Shown here: positions 12,341-27,665 of the stretch, one piece after another
Position numbering within the stretch: position 1 is the first letter of the stretch
Layout of the letters: the number at the start of each line of letters is the position of its first letter
Assembly (NCBI GenBank): GCA_951406725.2
Contig: OX597826.1
Coordinates: 15,996,001 to 16,060,000, forward strand
Direction of reading: 5' to 3'
Length of the DNA: 64,000 nt
Source: Octopus vulgaris
Lineage: Eukaryota
The notes under the pieces: generated by a model
Seen by the model: only the letters and a program-made list of their open reading frames with translations
The model's database searches: none
What the model was told of the DNA's origin: nothing
Made by a program: the position numbers and the translations under genes

Positions 12341-15300
12341 TCTTTATATTTCTCTTTCCCTCACTTTGCCCTCTATCTCCAACTTCAACAAACTTTTTAA
12401 CCATGTCCCTCCACTCTACAGAACAATATCATTTCTCTCTCGTTTTCTTCCCCTCCCACTTCCACTAACCATATGGCAGCTTCGTGCATGGATCAGCAAT
12501 AACGCCACTACTCCCCTTCTCCCTCTCTCTTCTCTCTCCACTCTCTCTCCTCTCACTTTCCTTTCTCTATCTATCTATCTGCCTCTCTCCTTCTCCCTCA
12601 CTCTCAGGCTCTGTCTTGCTTTAACCTCACTAACAGAACAACACCTCTCTGCCAAACGTTGTACTTCTAACTCTACTTCTAACTCTCTTCATTTTACTCC
12701 CTTCAGCTACCTTTTTAATTACGTTTCATTATTACAAATATTACGTTTCCCTTACCTAACGTCATGGATACTTCTCTCCCTTTTATAAGTCCATTTTTCT
12801 GTCTCTCCCTCTTTCAGTTTATCTTTCTCTCTCTCATTTTCTCTGTCTCTCTCTCACTTTCTGTTTGTCTGTCTCTCTCCCTCTCTCGCTCTCCGCGTCT
12901 CTCTTCAACTAATCTCGTGATAGCGTTACGCATTTCGGCCTCACTTCATTAAAATATAGCTAACAATAATGGTAACAACAACAACAATAGCAGCGGCAGC
13001 AATAACAACAATGATAAATCCGCGATAATTAAAAGCGAAATGTGGTGAACAGTTTGAAATACTGATGGCAGATACCAAGCAAAAATATATGCTACGACGC
13101 AAAACGGCGAGACGGATGTATTTGAACGATGGCATAGCAGAGAGACATTCTGCATAACTAAAATTCGACAGAATGAAACAAAGAGTAAAAATAAAAACCA
13201 GAAAATCATAAGATACATGCGAAGGCGTCACATATTGAAAGGCCTATACATATTTGTATAGAAATATATCCCAATTATAGTTCTCAAAATTTCACTGAGA
13301 AAGAGTTAGGAAATGGAAACAATTGGTAAATACAGAATCCCTAACTCTTCCCGTAATCCTCTCCCTAAATCCTATGAGTGATTGATCCATTATGATCCAG
13401 TTAAATTATGTCTGGCTGGTAAATAATGATGAAATTAATAACCCTCATAACTATTGTGCAGCAACATGCCTTGAGATCATGTCTAAAATATATAAAAAAA
13501 AGTTCGTATTGATGCGTATGGTTTATGGATTCCGTAACACTGTAGTTTATGATTTCCCGTTGCAGATACTTTCTTCTTTGCTAGTTCAAGTATAGCAGAT
13601 GTTGCGCTCGTAAAGCTGATGCTGTCTTTGGTGTTGAGGGTGGAAATAATGTTGATAATATTTTATGGTGTACTTGCCGAAAGTCGTAGGACTATTGGTA
13701 TTTTTATGCATCTCGTTTTCTGGAAAATCGCAGCAATCTCTTTGGAAATATGTGCTTTCTTTATTTGTACATGTATATATATTTTACTTGTTTCTGTCCC
13801 TAGAATGCGGCCATTCTGGGGCACCCCTTGGGTATATATAAATTATAATGGAGAATGCTGCTTATGAACTGGAAAAGTTAACTAGAAAGTAATTATTAAG
13901 GGATCGACTGTCGGGAAAGTTTTTTTATAAATTCATGTTCCAGCAAATTTCCTATAATTTCGATTTCTGAAGTTTATTGGATCTTTGAACTCCAGTTTTT
14001 TACAACTTTAAATATTCGTTGCATTCACAGCGGTGTATTCTTATTCTGTATACGTAATGTAAAAACATTATTTATTGAATGAAAATTACTTAGTACATTA
14101 GTATAAATTTTGTAAAAATAAAATATTAAGACGTGATTTCCTTGCTATGGCTGTTTAGATTACGTAATAAAGATTACAATATAAAGATTACAGTAATAAC
14201 TATCGGGGACGATTTTCTTCATTTTCTTTTTAACTTAAAAAAACTATGAGAGGAGCCTTTACGGTAAAATTTTTAAAATGTAAGTATTTTCATAGGAAAA
14301 GGTGAACAATACAACGGAGGTTTTGTTGTCGTTTCTAGCACAACCCAAACCACCCTTCTACATTACTTTTACATGTATTGATGTGTTTTCAATAAGTTTC
14401 TCCCATTAACCATATTTTATGGAATGATGATGCCAAGGTAACACGCGCGTGGGCCATTGATGGTATATAAGCAACAGAAAAAATCGTAATTTAAATTTTT
14501 ACTCCCACCTCAATCGTACGAAACCGTGTGTGTGTTAAAAAAAAGCATTTTCTAACAGGAATTATGCTATTAAAATGTATTATCATTACGTAACTCTTTT
14601 AAAAATCAGTGGATAAATGCCAACAACGACCTTCTCAAACTCTCCAGTATTTAAAATTTTTCACAGAAACAATCGGGGGCAGGGAGTAGGGCAGCAAAAA
14701 AATCATAGTATTCCAAATTGTTTATTTTATGGCATATAAATGTATTTATGGGAAGAAAATTATTGATAAACATTGCGGGAGGGATAAAGAAACGAGGACG
14801 GTTGTCTTGGGATGCGCTAGAAACAAAAGCAAGAGCATAATGAAAGCAACAACTACGATGCAAGTGAGTACCGTTATACAAAGAAACTGTGTATAGAAGT
14901 AAATGTCTATAGAAAAAAGGCAGGTTAGTGTTCACTTTAATCCATGATATTATTACCAATTAAAGTGGCAAAGCACTATGAAACTTACGATGCTATGATG
15001 AGATACATGAAAAATATTAGGAGCTCGATAGAGACATTTTATAAGCAATGTTAGTATGCTGTACAAAAATATAATAATGCTGTATAATAAATAAAATAAA
15101 ATAATGTATCTCATTATAGCATCTTAAGTTTCATTAAAATGGTGCCCAAGCATGGTTGTAATCAAGTGACTGAAACAATAAACGATAAAAAATTGCTGCA
15201 GTTGTTGTTGCTGCAGAAACTGTGGTTCTTTCCATCGCCACTGGAACGGCTGATGGATTTAATCTTGGTTTTAAAAGTGTTGTTCCATATACTTTTTAAC

Positions 15301-15521
15301 TATATTCGTCATTCTGTGGAAAATTTTGACGCGATCATCTGCATACGACCATGTCAGCAAACTGATGGATGTTTATACAACTTCGTTTTCAAAGTAGAGA
15401 AACAGTTTTGCCTCAGTTTTCTTATGATCGTATCTATAAGGTAACTTGGTATCATTGCTAGGTAAACAAAAATATTCGACATGGTAAACGGCTGCATATA
15501 AACCTCTCCCCCTTGGGATTT

Positions 15522-16717
15522 TATTCTTCAAATATTCTTATAAGCATATTCTCAGTTATATATGTAAACCAAACCTGCAAATTTCCTTTATCGGCAAAAA
15601 TGTAGCAAGTGCTTCAGGTGTATTCTGCAATTACATGAACCACCTAAGAATATCATCAAATTGGTTTTCATTGCAAAATCTGTATGTGTTTTTTTAATAT
15701 CCGATTATAAAACTTTATACTGCAAATTCTTAGAATGTTACCTACTCCTTCGGCCTATATCTCAGAGTTTGGATTTCCTCGTTACTCTTACATAGTTCGC
15801 AAGAAATGTTCCTTGCACTTATCGCAGAAGAGCTCCGTTAGCTTCCGAATGGAACGGTTAAATTAATGCCCCTTTCAGCAAGTGACTATATTCTACAATA
15901 TAGCATCAGTATTAAATGCAATTACCAAAAGAACCCTTGACGAACATTCGCCTTTTCACCGATAGTATACTCTGCCTTTATTTTGCCACTTCATGGCACA
16001 ATATTCTTGATTTTAATAAAAACGGAGAATCTCTACTGCTTTGCGTCTTACAATATCCTTACAGGTATTGCAATACCTTGAGAATTACAGTTTCACTGGC
16101 CATGGAAAACACCAGGTTCCATATTCTTGTAGTAAACTTGGATTGATCAGTCTTGCTTCACAACACATTAGTATGATACATTTTTATCAATAAATATATA
16201 TACAGATCACACGTAGTTTGGTGTTATTTTATATTTTGAAATATGTTCCCACGTTTAAAATAGGAATGGTTCCTTTAGAAATATTCACCCGCAAAGAAGC
16301 TGAATCTGTTGCGAGAAATTGCTGGTCTTTGAAAGTATTCTAAATATTTCAAGTAGATATTTTATCATAAAAGGAAAACGTATGGCTACTTTCATTTTTT
16401 ATGTCAGATGACATATAACAACCGAACATTTTTAAAAAATAAATATCAGTAAATTTAGAGCCACCATCATCAAATTCATATGCACTCTCCACTTTGGAAT
16501 ATTATTCTTCAAATATTCTTATAAGCATATTCTCAGTTATATATGTAAACCAAACCTGCAAATTTCCTTTATCGGCAAAAATGTAGCAAGTGCTCCAGGA
16601 GTATTCTGTGATTACATGAACCACCTAAGAATATCATCAAATTGGTTCTCACTGCCTAAAATAGTATTGCAAAATTTGTATGTGTTTTTTTTAATATCCG
16701 ATTAAAAAACTTTATAA
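15522..16717 (+). repeat. ~200 bp direct duplication (15522-15719 and 16503-16717)
   Basis: TATTCTTCAAATATTCTTATAAGCATATTCTCAG...AAAACTTTATA occurs twice, nearly identical, with a ~15 bp indel. Confidence 0.9.
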
Positions 16718-18196
16718 CTTAGAATATGCTTAGGAAATCCCCCGCATCAGCATTCTGCAGCACCCTTCTCATCGGTCTCCACATTACTGAGTAACATATT
16801 TCGTTTAATAAAAGTTTGGAACAGCTTTGTTGTTACATACGAAGTTAGGTTTCATATTCCTAGTTATGCCATAGTCTGTTATTTCCTTAGTTGTTTAAAC
16901 GTGCATGTGTATAGCATTCTGTTGATTATTAACTCATGTGCCAATAATCAAATATCAGGTTTCTTTGTAGCGCCTTCACCTGATGGAACGTTATCACGGC
17001 TACATTAAATAGACAGAGTCAATAGTATATATCTAATTATGGGTTTCGTAGATTATTTCATCTTGGTAGGTACGATGAGCTATGGTCAAAAACCTTCTTC
17101 ACATTCCACATCATTTTCTAATCCATATGACGGTATCGCAAGACAGCTCTTTAAGAGAGTGGACTGTGGCATCTCTGTTTACATTTTTCCCGAATGAACT
17201 TATTGATAATTTCACATTTTTTAATAATACCCATATAGCTAAATAGAATACAGATATTTTATTTTAGATTTGTTTCGAAACTGAACATTCACTTAATATC
17301 TAAGGGTAGTACAGGTATATAATACACGTTCTAGCGTGAACGCAGACAGCCATATAGAGAGGTAATGCGAGACTCTATTTGTTATCACATGCTTCCATTT
17401 TGTTCGTAAGTCTCGACAACTTATTTCATAGTGATTCTTTATAATCAAACAAAGTATTATGTTTAAAATCTACTTCATGATTTTGGACTCCTTATCATAA
17501 AACTGTGATAAGTAACGACTTTCAAGTTTTGAATATTTTACATTATTCTATATTAGGTTTATTTTTATGCAGAAGGCATAATAATGATGACTGGTGGTGA
17601 TGATAATAGCATCAATAAACTATACATTAAATTAAACTGTTCTCCATTGTGATTTGTTGCCTTATACATATATATGCGTACTAAAGAATGCGAATAACAA
17701 TTGCTGTCAGGGTCCAGCCGTCTCGGAAACCAGAGATTATTCCTGTTACTAGCTTTGGAGTGGTTTCAGCCCGGATGTTATAAATCACAATTATTTCATT
17801 AAGCAATTCACAGCGTTCAGTGAACTATTTTGACAGGTTCCTTGCTATTTAGATAGCATAGTGAACGTTGTGAGTGTAGCTGTTGTAAGGATTTGTATTG
17901 ATATTAAATGCGTAAACTATAATCAAGGACGCAAATTTTAATCTATGTATGAATATGTATGTGTGTGGTATGTATTGATATTTGTATGTTTGTGTGTGTG
18001 TATGCATATATGTATGTCTATACGAGGTCAACCAAAACTTGTTGAATTTTCGTTGATGGTTTCTGATAACTTGTATTTCCATGTTATATTATTGATGTGA
18101 TAAACGTAGTCCAATCACTGCTGAATTGTTTATACATCATTTTCATGTATTCCATTTAAATATTAATACTTTATTCATTACTATACAGCTTTGATA

Positions 18197-19150
18197 ATGA
18201 GTCGGGAAAACATTGCTTATAGGGCCATTTTACGCTACTTATGGAAAAAAAGAATGAGTTTAAGGGTAGCGGCTAAAGTAGTTAATGATGTGAATGTTGA
18301 AACTCTTCCAGAACTTATGGCACAAAACTAGTTCTGATGTTTCAAGGAAGACGAATCAAGGACAGGGAGACCTCTAGTGGAAGATGAATCCTTGTTTCAA
18401 ATGGTTGGATAGCCAAACAGAGGCACTCATACCTTCTCATCTTAACTTGGTTCTTCACGAAGTACCGTCAATGGATACCTCCGTAAGCTCGTCCTTGAAC
18501 AAACACTGAGAAGTTCCTCACGAACTGATAAATGAGCGGCCTCAAGGAAGCCTGGACCATTTGCAAAAGGCTGCTGGGAAACCCTCGAGATGCCCGTTTT
18601 TCGTGTCGAATTATAATTCGGGATTAAAATGGACTTCTTATCGTAATTCTAATAAGAGAAATCAGTGAATGTTACAGTCACTGAACCTTTTGTTAAACAA
18701 GGACTGTTTGAACAAAAGATCATGTTATGTGTTTGTTGGAAATTTTGGGGGGTGCACTGCACGTAGAGCTTGTCCCAGATGGTCATGCCGAAGACGCTAG
18801 CCTTCATGTCCAACAACTACAACTTCGAAAATGCACTACCCAGCAGAGCTCTATCGAAGCCGCACACTTGTACAGACGGACACACTCCCAGCAAACACTA
18901 CAAAATTCACCAAACGCAAACTTGAGGAATTTGAGGAACTGGAAGTGCTGGCTCACCCTGCTTACAGTCCAGTCCTTACACCAGCAGGACATTATCTTTT
19001 ACGATCCATGGAACATTGCCTACACGGACAGAAGTTCAACAATATGGATGAGGTTGGAAACAGTGTTATAATAGAATAGAATTATAATGGTATTTTATCT
19101 CTGGCTACCATGGCAACAGACAATTGAATATGATGGCATATAGTTTGCCG
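18197..19150 (+). pseudogene. Mariner transposase pseudogene
   Basis: MSRENIAYRAILRYLWKK, TGRP, VPHEL, KIMLCVCW and LAHPAYSPVLTPAGHYLLRSM (HPPYSPDLAPSDY motif); many stops and frameshifts. Confidence 0.9.
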
Positions 19151-19248
19151 AACAAATGCTTTTCCCATGTAATTCGATTGAACTATTGGTTAAAGCTGGA
19201 AATAAGAAAAAATCATTCGGCTTAATCTGGTGTATATGTGTGTATATA

Positions 19249-19376
19249 CAGGGTGTCCCCAAAAAATGTATACACACCTTAAATAATTGTAAATTTGTTA
19301 TTCTTTGTAAGCCTAGTACTTATTCTATTGTTCTCTTTTGCCGAACCACTATGTGTATACATTTGTTTGGGACACC

Positions 19377-19379
<3 letters not shown>
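19249..19379. mobile_element. Tc1/mariner-type MITE
   Basis: TIRs CAGGGTGTCCCCAAAAAATGTATACACA / TGTGTATACATTTGTTTGGGACACCCTG, flanked by TA. Confidence 0.85.
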
Positions 19380-19430
<51 letters not shown>

Positions 19431-19589
19431 ATGGGATATGATCGCACATGTATACATGCATATATTTGAATATATTCGTATATGTATACACATATCCTAT
19501 ATAGTTTGTTTATGTGTGTTTAGATGACTCCAGCCCCATCAAGCAAGTCCATGAAGCAATCAAAGCAAACATTTAGCACTATTTTGGTA

Positions 19590-19732
19590 GATGATGATGT
19601 TGACGGTGATGATGATGATGACGATGATGATGATGATGATGATGATGATTATGATGATTGATGGTGGTGGTGGTGGTGATGGTGGTGGTGGTGGTGATGG
19701 TGGTGGTGGTGGTGGTGATGATGATGATGATA
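19590..19732. repeat. (GAT)n/(GGT)n microsatellite
   Basis: Seen directly. Confidence 0.95.
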
Positions 19733-20695
19733 TGCAGAAATGAATAACTCTATAGCCGGATGCGTCAGCCGCCATAACCGTATTCATATAAGCATATCTC
19801 AACTTCCCATCCTACATCATTGAGTAAATAATGTTCGAAATTGTCCGCCTATATCCATCACAAACGCACACACATCACATAAAATATAAGCACTGAAATG
19901 CATACATAAGTATGTGTGTTGCTGTGATTGTGCCTGTGCGCGAGGGTGCATGTGAGTACGTGCATTTATGTATGTAAATGTGCATTCTTAGGTATATTTG
20001 TAAAAAGTAATTTAGACCTTATGTTATTTAATCAGGCAGAAAATATTTCGAGGGAAGAATTTTGGAGGGTATATAAGTGTATGCATATCAATGTGAATAT
20101 GAAATCTTATATTCGAGAGTGGGGGCATTCAAATACTTAGCCGATGTACCGATGTAATAATATTTTGAATAACCATTATATTCTATTGCATATAACCTAG
20201 TCGGACATGTATACATCAAAATTTAACGTCTGCCATTCCATATCACTTTATGTCTATGAGTGCTATGAAAAGTAGAGCAAGATGTTCTTCTCATCTATCA
20301 CAAATGCTGGTTGGATAATATGAAAATATGTTAAGGATCTCTGGTGTTCACCATATACGTTCTGACATTTTCGACACACATTGAAACAAACATGGTTGCA
20401 AAGTACAGCATCAACCTGACAGGCCCTTTCAAATCACGAAAATATATTTGCAAAAGTAATAATGTTTTGAAATATCTGCCAAGCATAGTGATATGTTCTG
20501 AACGGAAATCGATATCTTTATTACTCAAAGTAGTGCAGAAGAATATGCTCCATATTTTTGCAAAGGGTTGAGAAAGTCGAATGTTATAATAAAAATATTA
20601 ACTATAATAATCAGTAGTAGAAAAAGAAGAAACATTTTTAATTGCACATAGAGTCAATAAAAATAGCCCCACAGATACACACTTCCATAAATGTA

Positions 20696-21560
<865 letters not shown>

Positions 21561-23314
21561 CCTTTATATATATATAATAAAAATTATTTGCCAACATAAT
21601 GTGACAGTCCTAATTGAGACGGATGTTACTGTTATTTGGCTCCAGGAAACATCGTCTGCAGCTGGCTATCGACACACGATATGCGTCCTTATATTTTTGA
21701 GAAAGGGTGTTTAATGTCCCGACTCAGCTCTAAACCGATATCTGTGTACCGATTTTTTCTGGCTAATTTCATGCGGTTTCTGCTAGAGATACAAGAGTCG
21801 CCAACATCAAGATTTTTTTATTCTAGGCACACCATTTTATTTTGAAACACATCGCATTTAAATCATTAACAAAATTTTAAAAATTAACTATATATTGTCA
21901 CACAAATATATGTAATTACGAACATATGTACAATCAAGGTAACTCTCCAAAATACAAATTTACCACGCCATTAACAAATTAGCAACATACGGCTTGAAAC
22001 CCAGACTTGATGTTAACGAGAATTTATCTGGTTTTTTTTCATTCTAACGTTACAAACGAAACTCAACTTCAAATATAACCGATCCAGTCGTATAAACACC
22101 TCACAATAAAGATGACAGCGTGTGTTCTGGGTTTTAGAACGAGAAAGTTTGAAAAGTTAAAAAGTTAGGAATGCTGGAAATAGTTTCCACGCACATTCAA
22201 CCAAAAATCTGAAAGTAATGGTGAACAATGAATAGCAATGGCACTAAAGAATAGGCAAGTTCAAGTAGTTTGCTATATTACTGTCAATAAAGAGTATATG
22301 TTTTGAGAGGAACGAAGGCCATCACAAATGTGCTGACGTAATACCTTTGTAACTTATTAAATTTTCATGCACAAAAGGCAACGGATGACTTCTGAAATGC
22401 CATGGAATCAGAAATAGTTGGGTAGAGTTTCAGACATGTGAACAGCTCAGAAAAAACGTAGTACCAAGTAAACTGTTTTGTTCCTGTTGTATTTTGTCAC
22501 TGTCGTTCTTACCTTCTTGTTTTATGTACTGTGTCACTTTCTCTTACATTCATGCTTCATGGAGAGAAAAACAATATTTGAAATACCTACTATAGCTTCT
22601 AATCAGCGGCCACCCTTATGTCGAGCGTCACCTGTTTTATCCACTTACGCTAAGCCCTAAAATAGAATCACAATTTAAGGATGTTTGTACTGTGAATCAC
22701 TAACCGCGATGAAGGAACTCTGATGACAGACAAAACGAATGCCTGATCAAAATATTAAACAAATGACTGAGGTATACGCCTGCATTCCTTATATACGTCT
22801 TTTTCTACTACATGTGGATTTGTGTGGTGCAACAGTAGCAATAGTTGTTTGCTTGCTATAGTATCAGAGTGTATTCCTGGCAGATCCAATCAAGCTACAA
22901 AAGCACTAGTAAGGTCTTCAACCCTACCGAAGGAGTATCTAACGGATACGAACATGTAGTCTATTCGCTAGACGTTGGAAACTTGCTACATTGAAAGTAA
23001 TTAGATGGCTTGCCTATCTACCCAACGTGGCGGCTATATTTATACATCAAGACAATCTGAGAAAATGGGTCTCACCATTCTACGATCAATCGGACCGTTC
23101 CATGAAATTCGGACGACGAGAGGCTGCTAAGAATCTCAGGTATCCATAAGCCGCCAAGGAAGAGGATAAAAAAACTCTGCCATATATACCTACTAATGCA
23201 AGTCTTTGGTAGGGAGAACCAGAATGAACCACCTGATGGAAAAAAAAGTCTATGAATAAAAGGGATAATAACAACAACAACAACAATAATAATGATAATA
23301 ATAATAATAATAAC

Positions 23315-23392
<78 letters not shown>

Positions 23393-23698
23393 TGTCAAAA
23401 AAGGGAGAGTAACGTCTGAAATAGAATTTGAGTCCCAAAATCATTTCGCTTTAAATAAATCTATATTCTATTTTAGCCTATATGACAGATCTCTGCGAGA
23501 GGAATCTATCCATGTTACTTAAATGCTAAAATATATCAGTAGAAAAAAGTGTTGGTGTAAAAGCAGCATAAAAAAAAACAGAGATGAACACCCGAAATCA
23601 ATTTTGACTCCAAATATTATTCTTATTTCGAAAGAAAACTATATTTAAATCCGACATTTCTGATATATCTCCTCTGGAAGAATCTGATATGTCATTAT

Positions 23699-23784
<86 letters not shown>

Positions 23785-24166
23785 TAGGAAACTGCTGCGA
23801 CCTTATATGCTATAAAAATAGTAACGACTAAAATCAAATTAAAAATCTGAATTTTTTACCTCATATCATGCAACTCATTAAGACGAAAATCGTGATGATA
23901 ATCTTTTCAAACAAAACCATTCACACACGGTGGCGTGTGAATAATATTCTGAAGGTCAACATTTACTCAGAACCACTTCTAGGCTTTGCCGCTAACTTAG
24001 TTTTTAACATGATGTTAACATGTTTAGATTGGTCACAGCATAAGCTACATTTCAAGCTAAAATATTTGAAAATTGTTTCAGCAGTATAAAGTTTTAGTCA
24101 AATCAACAGAGATATACACGCGACGCTGCATATATACTTTCGTAACTACCCACACACACATACATA

Positions 24167-24202
<36 letters not shown>

Positions 24203-24463
24203 TGCATATAACTTGAGTTTAAAAGCAAACCAAAAGGTGGTTAAGTCTACAGAAATTCCTAAAAACTGTGATTGTCGGAATGGTCTGCTTTCGTTTGTGA
24301 AAGGAAACAAAGGTGAGTGTGACGAACACGTAGCTTTAAAGAGAGTAGGCGTAATTTGAGAACAATAATGACAAATGGACTCTTTCCTGTTGTCCGTCAT
24401 AAATAAACAATCACACACAGACACATACATACATACATACAGACACAAACACACACACACACG

Positions 24464-24504
<41 letters not shown>

Positions 24505-24544
24505 CTGGAGTTATTTTTTCAGATTAAATTTGTTCTGAACGATC

Positions 24545-24615
24545 GTACTGACGAAACTACGGACATTTGGATTATGTAAGTAATTCTTTTGTTAATAGTT
24601 GAAACCGATGTATGC
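24545..24615 (+). ncRNA. Type I hammerhead ribozyme
   Basis: GTA-CTGACGA-AACTA..TAGTT-GAAAC-CGAT-GTA/TGC. Stem I GUA:UGC, 46-nt stem II region, predicted GUA cleavage after 24612. Confidence 0.75.
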
Positions 24616-25073
24616 TATTAATTCTGTTTTTTATATAAATTTTCATCTGTCTTGCCCGCCTAATTTGTTTCTGGTGTTCGCTGAACTTTCCTCTAGAGAA
24701 CATTCTTTGTAGTTTGATCGTTGATGATCTATCTATTTCTAGCATACGGCCGACTATCTATCGGTCTTGCCCTGTCAATATACACATGTATTAGAATTTT
24801 CTCTGATTTTTTCAGATTTTTGTATGCTAGACTACTGGTTTTAAAGTAATATTTATTTATCTCCCTCATTATTTAAATATTGAAATAAATACGTTCTCTA
24901 GTAGCTAGCACTAACCGCAGTATATTATTTACTGCAGTTCTTTGCTTCAGGAATTTATAGCGCGCCAGAACTAAGACATTTTATCCATAATGTAATCGGT
25001 AAAACTAAACATGTGTCTGTTTTGGCACAGAAAGCTGGGGTTAGTTTTCAGATAACATTTGTACTGAACGATC

Positions 25074-25144
25074 GTACTGAAGAAACTACGGACATTTGAA
25101 TTATGTAAGTAATTCTTTTGTTAATAGTTGAAACCGATGTATGC
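25074..25144 (+). ncRNA. Type I hammerhead ribozyme (second tandem copy)
   Basis: GTA-CTGAAGA-AACTA..GAATTA..TAATTC..TAGTT-GAAAC-CGAT-GTA/TGC; predicted cleavage after 25141. Confidence 0.75.
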
Positions 25145-25628
25145 AATTAATTCTGTTTTTTATATAAATTTTCATCTGTCTTGCTCACCAAATATGTTTC
25201 TGGTGTTCGCTGAATTTTCCTCTAGAGAACATTCTTTGTAATTTGATTTTTGATGATCTATCTATTTCTAGCATACGGCCGACTACCTAGCGGTCTTGCC
25301 CTGTCAATATACACACACACACACGTATATATATATATAAGAATTTTTCCGTAATGAGATAAAAAACCAATGCTGTGTAGATATTATAACATTTATAGAT
25401 AGAAGGTCTTCTAATATCTACACAGCCTTGGTTTTTTATCTCATTACGCAAAAAATTCTTATTTGCATACGCTGACATAGAACCAAAGTTGAACCCCTTA
25501 TTCGCAAAATTACCGAGCCTGGAACTTAACTATGGTCTGTCTATTGCACTTATTCAGCATTACCTGACACATTTGGGTCTCAATGACACCATTACCTCTT
25601 ATAACCTACACACACACACACACAAACG

Positions 25629-25667
<39 letters not shown>

Positions 25668-25686
25668 GTATATGTATATATATATT

Positions 25687-25752
<66 letters not shown>

Positions 25753-26675
25753 TACATACATAGATACTTTCTTATTGCAGAAAAATGTTACTGCGGTTCA
25801 AAGTTTAGTCATTTTCACCCAATCAGAAAAAATGATTTAGAAGCTAGCATTTTCGGCATGATAGTTGTCTATAACAAAATGAGGAATTTTTTTAAACAAA
25901 CGAAAGCAGAGCATTCCGACAATCAAAGTTTTTGGGGATTTCTGTAGATTTAACCACATTTTGGTTTGCTTTTAAACTAAAATTCAATATTGAGAGTAAC
26001 AAAACTTAAATTATTATTTCTTTGGGTACATTGACATGGTTTTTCCTTTCCGATAGTATTATTGGATTTTCAGAGTAGCAGGATTCAGAATTTTTTCAGG
26101 CAAAGTGACAATTGCAGGCCTTATTCTTATTTTGCATGAATTTCGACTAACTTTCCACTAACAAGGGCAGGTGGTTTCTCTTGCGTTACGGTGGATGCAT
26201 TGACTATTTTTTGCCTTTTTAAGTGGATTATATTTATAAAAATTTAAGTTTTAAATTGGCTTATCAATATTGGATTATAATATGGAAATTTAGCATGTAT
26301 ATGAAAACTTAGTTTAAAAACAATTTATACCTCAAAATTTAATGATACAATATTGTTCTCGTTTCCTTCTCTGAATGGGCAGACCTGAAGGTTTCTTGTC
26401 ATGCTGTTCAGGCAAGGCAAAAGGGCAGGTGGCTCCTCGTTCCTTGCGGTGAATTCATATGTTACTTTTGTATTTTTAAAATTAGCCGATGCAACGAAAC
26501 CGTGTCCAGATAACTTTTTCTTATTTTTAAAATTTAAGAAATAAATATGTGAAAATTTAAAAAAGATACAATATAGAATTCTTATTTTAATTTAATAATC
26601 AACAATGAACAATAATTCAAATATTTTAAACAACAGAATATTTATTACGCTTAATGTATTGCCTGAAAAAGTGGA

Positions 26676-27615
26676 TTACAATGAAAAATGCCTAAAAAGT
26701 ACTTGAAATTAAAATTAGGTTGTACTTAAAATATTGCAGCCGTGAATAACATCTCAAAAATTAAAATACATCATATTAAATAAATTTGAATTAATTTATT
26801 TTCCCTATTATTACTGGTTTTCCTAATGTTTGAATGAGAAATTTCAAATTTCAAAAGTATATATATATATATGTATCGCATCATCAAAAATAAATTTATA
26901 CAAACATTTTTTTTTAAATCATGTCTTTTGAAATATATAATTAAAATAGTCATTTTATTTAGTTGTATGAAATACAAACAATAAAATATGAAGTTGTAAA
27001 TAATATTGCACAAGGTTTTTTTTTCACTTGAATTGAAATCCCATTAAAAAAAACATTGATTGGAGCGGAATGGTCATTAAATGGTTCAAATCATCCATAT
27101 GCTCAGTCAATTTTTCTACATTAAAAAATAATAATCTGAAATATAAATCATAAGGAATATTTATTTGTAACCATTACTACAATATAATTAGCCTAATTGG
27201 TCTTATGCTAATTCATTACTCCACCTAAGTTGTCACTTTCAATTTTCTCCTAGGGATGATTAATTAGGCGCATTCTACATTTTTTTTTAATTAAGATTTT
27301 AAGTTCATTTTTAAAATACTGCTTTTCCCCAAGCTCATGGACTTAAATACAGATTTTTAAAAAAGGCATAGATAAATTTTTTTAAGTAATAAAAATTACT
27401 GGGGATATACATGAAAAGAGTTTCTAAATATAAGCCCATTCGATGCGCTTATTTTTGGAAAAATTCAGTAAGGATTTTTTAAATTTTGTTTTAAAAAATA
27501 CAGTAATTTTTTTTAACGTTATTATCGGCTGCAATATTTTAAGTACAGTGGAATTTTAATTTCAAGTACTTTTTAGTTTCCTTTAGAGGTGACAAATTAA
27601 GCCAATTCTTCATTG

Positions 27616-27619
<4 letters not shown>
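26676..27619. mobile_element. AT-rich MITE/fold-back DNA element
   Basis: 26692-26762 is the reverse complement of 27506-27576; termini ATTACAATGAAAAAT / ATTCTTCATTGTAAT. Confidence 0.6.

Positions 27620-27665
<46 letters not shown>

Larger units (their letters stand above)
24501..25316 (+). mobile_element. Retrozyme-like tandem element (~530 bp unit, ~1.55 copies) between TA tracts
   Basis: 24501-24786 is repeated at 25031-25316 and each copy carries a hammerhead motif. No coding capacity. Confidence 0.75.

Noticed and set aside
22040-23260. Possible piggyBac transposase relic and CTGATGA at ~22720
   Set aside because: Only vague motif resemblance; no GAAA or stem I partner for a ribozyme.
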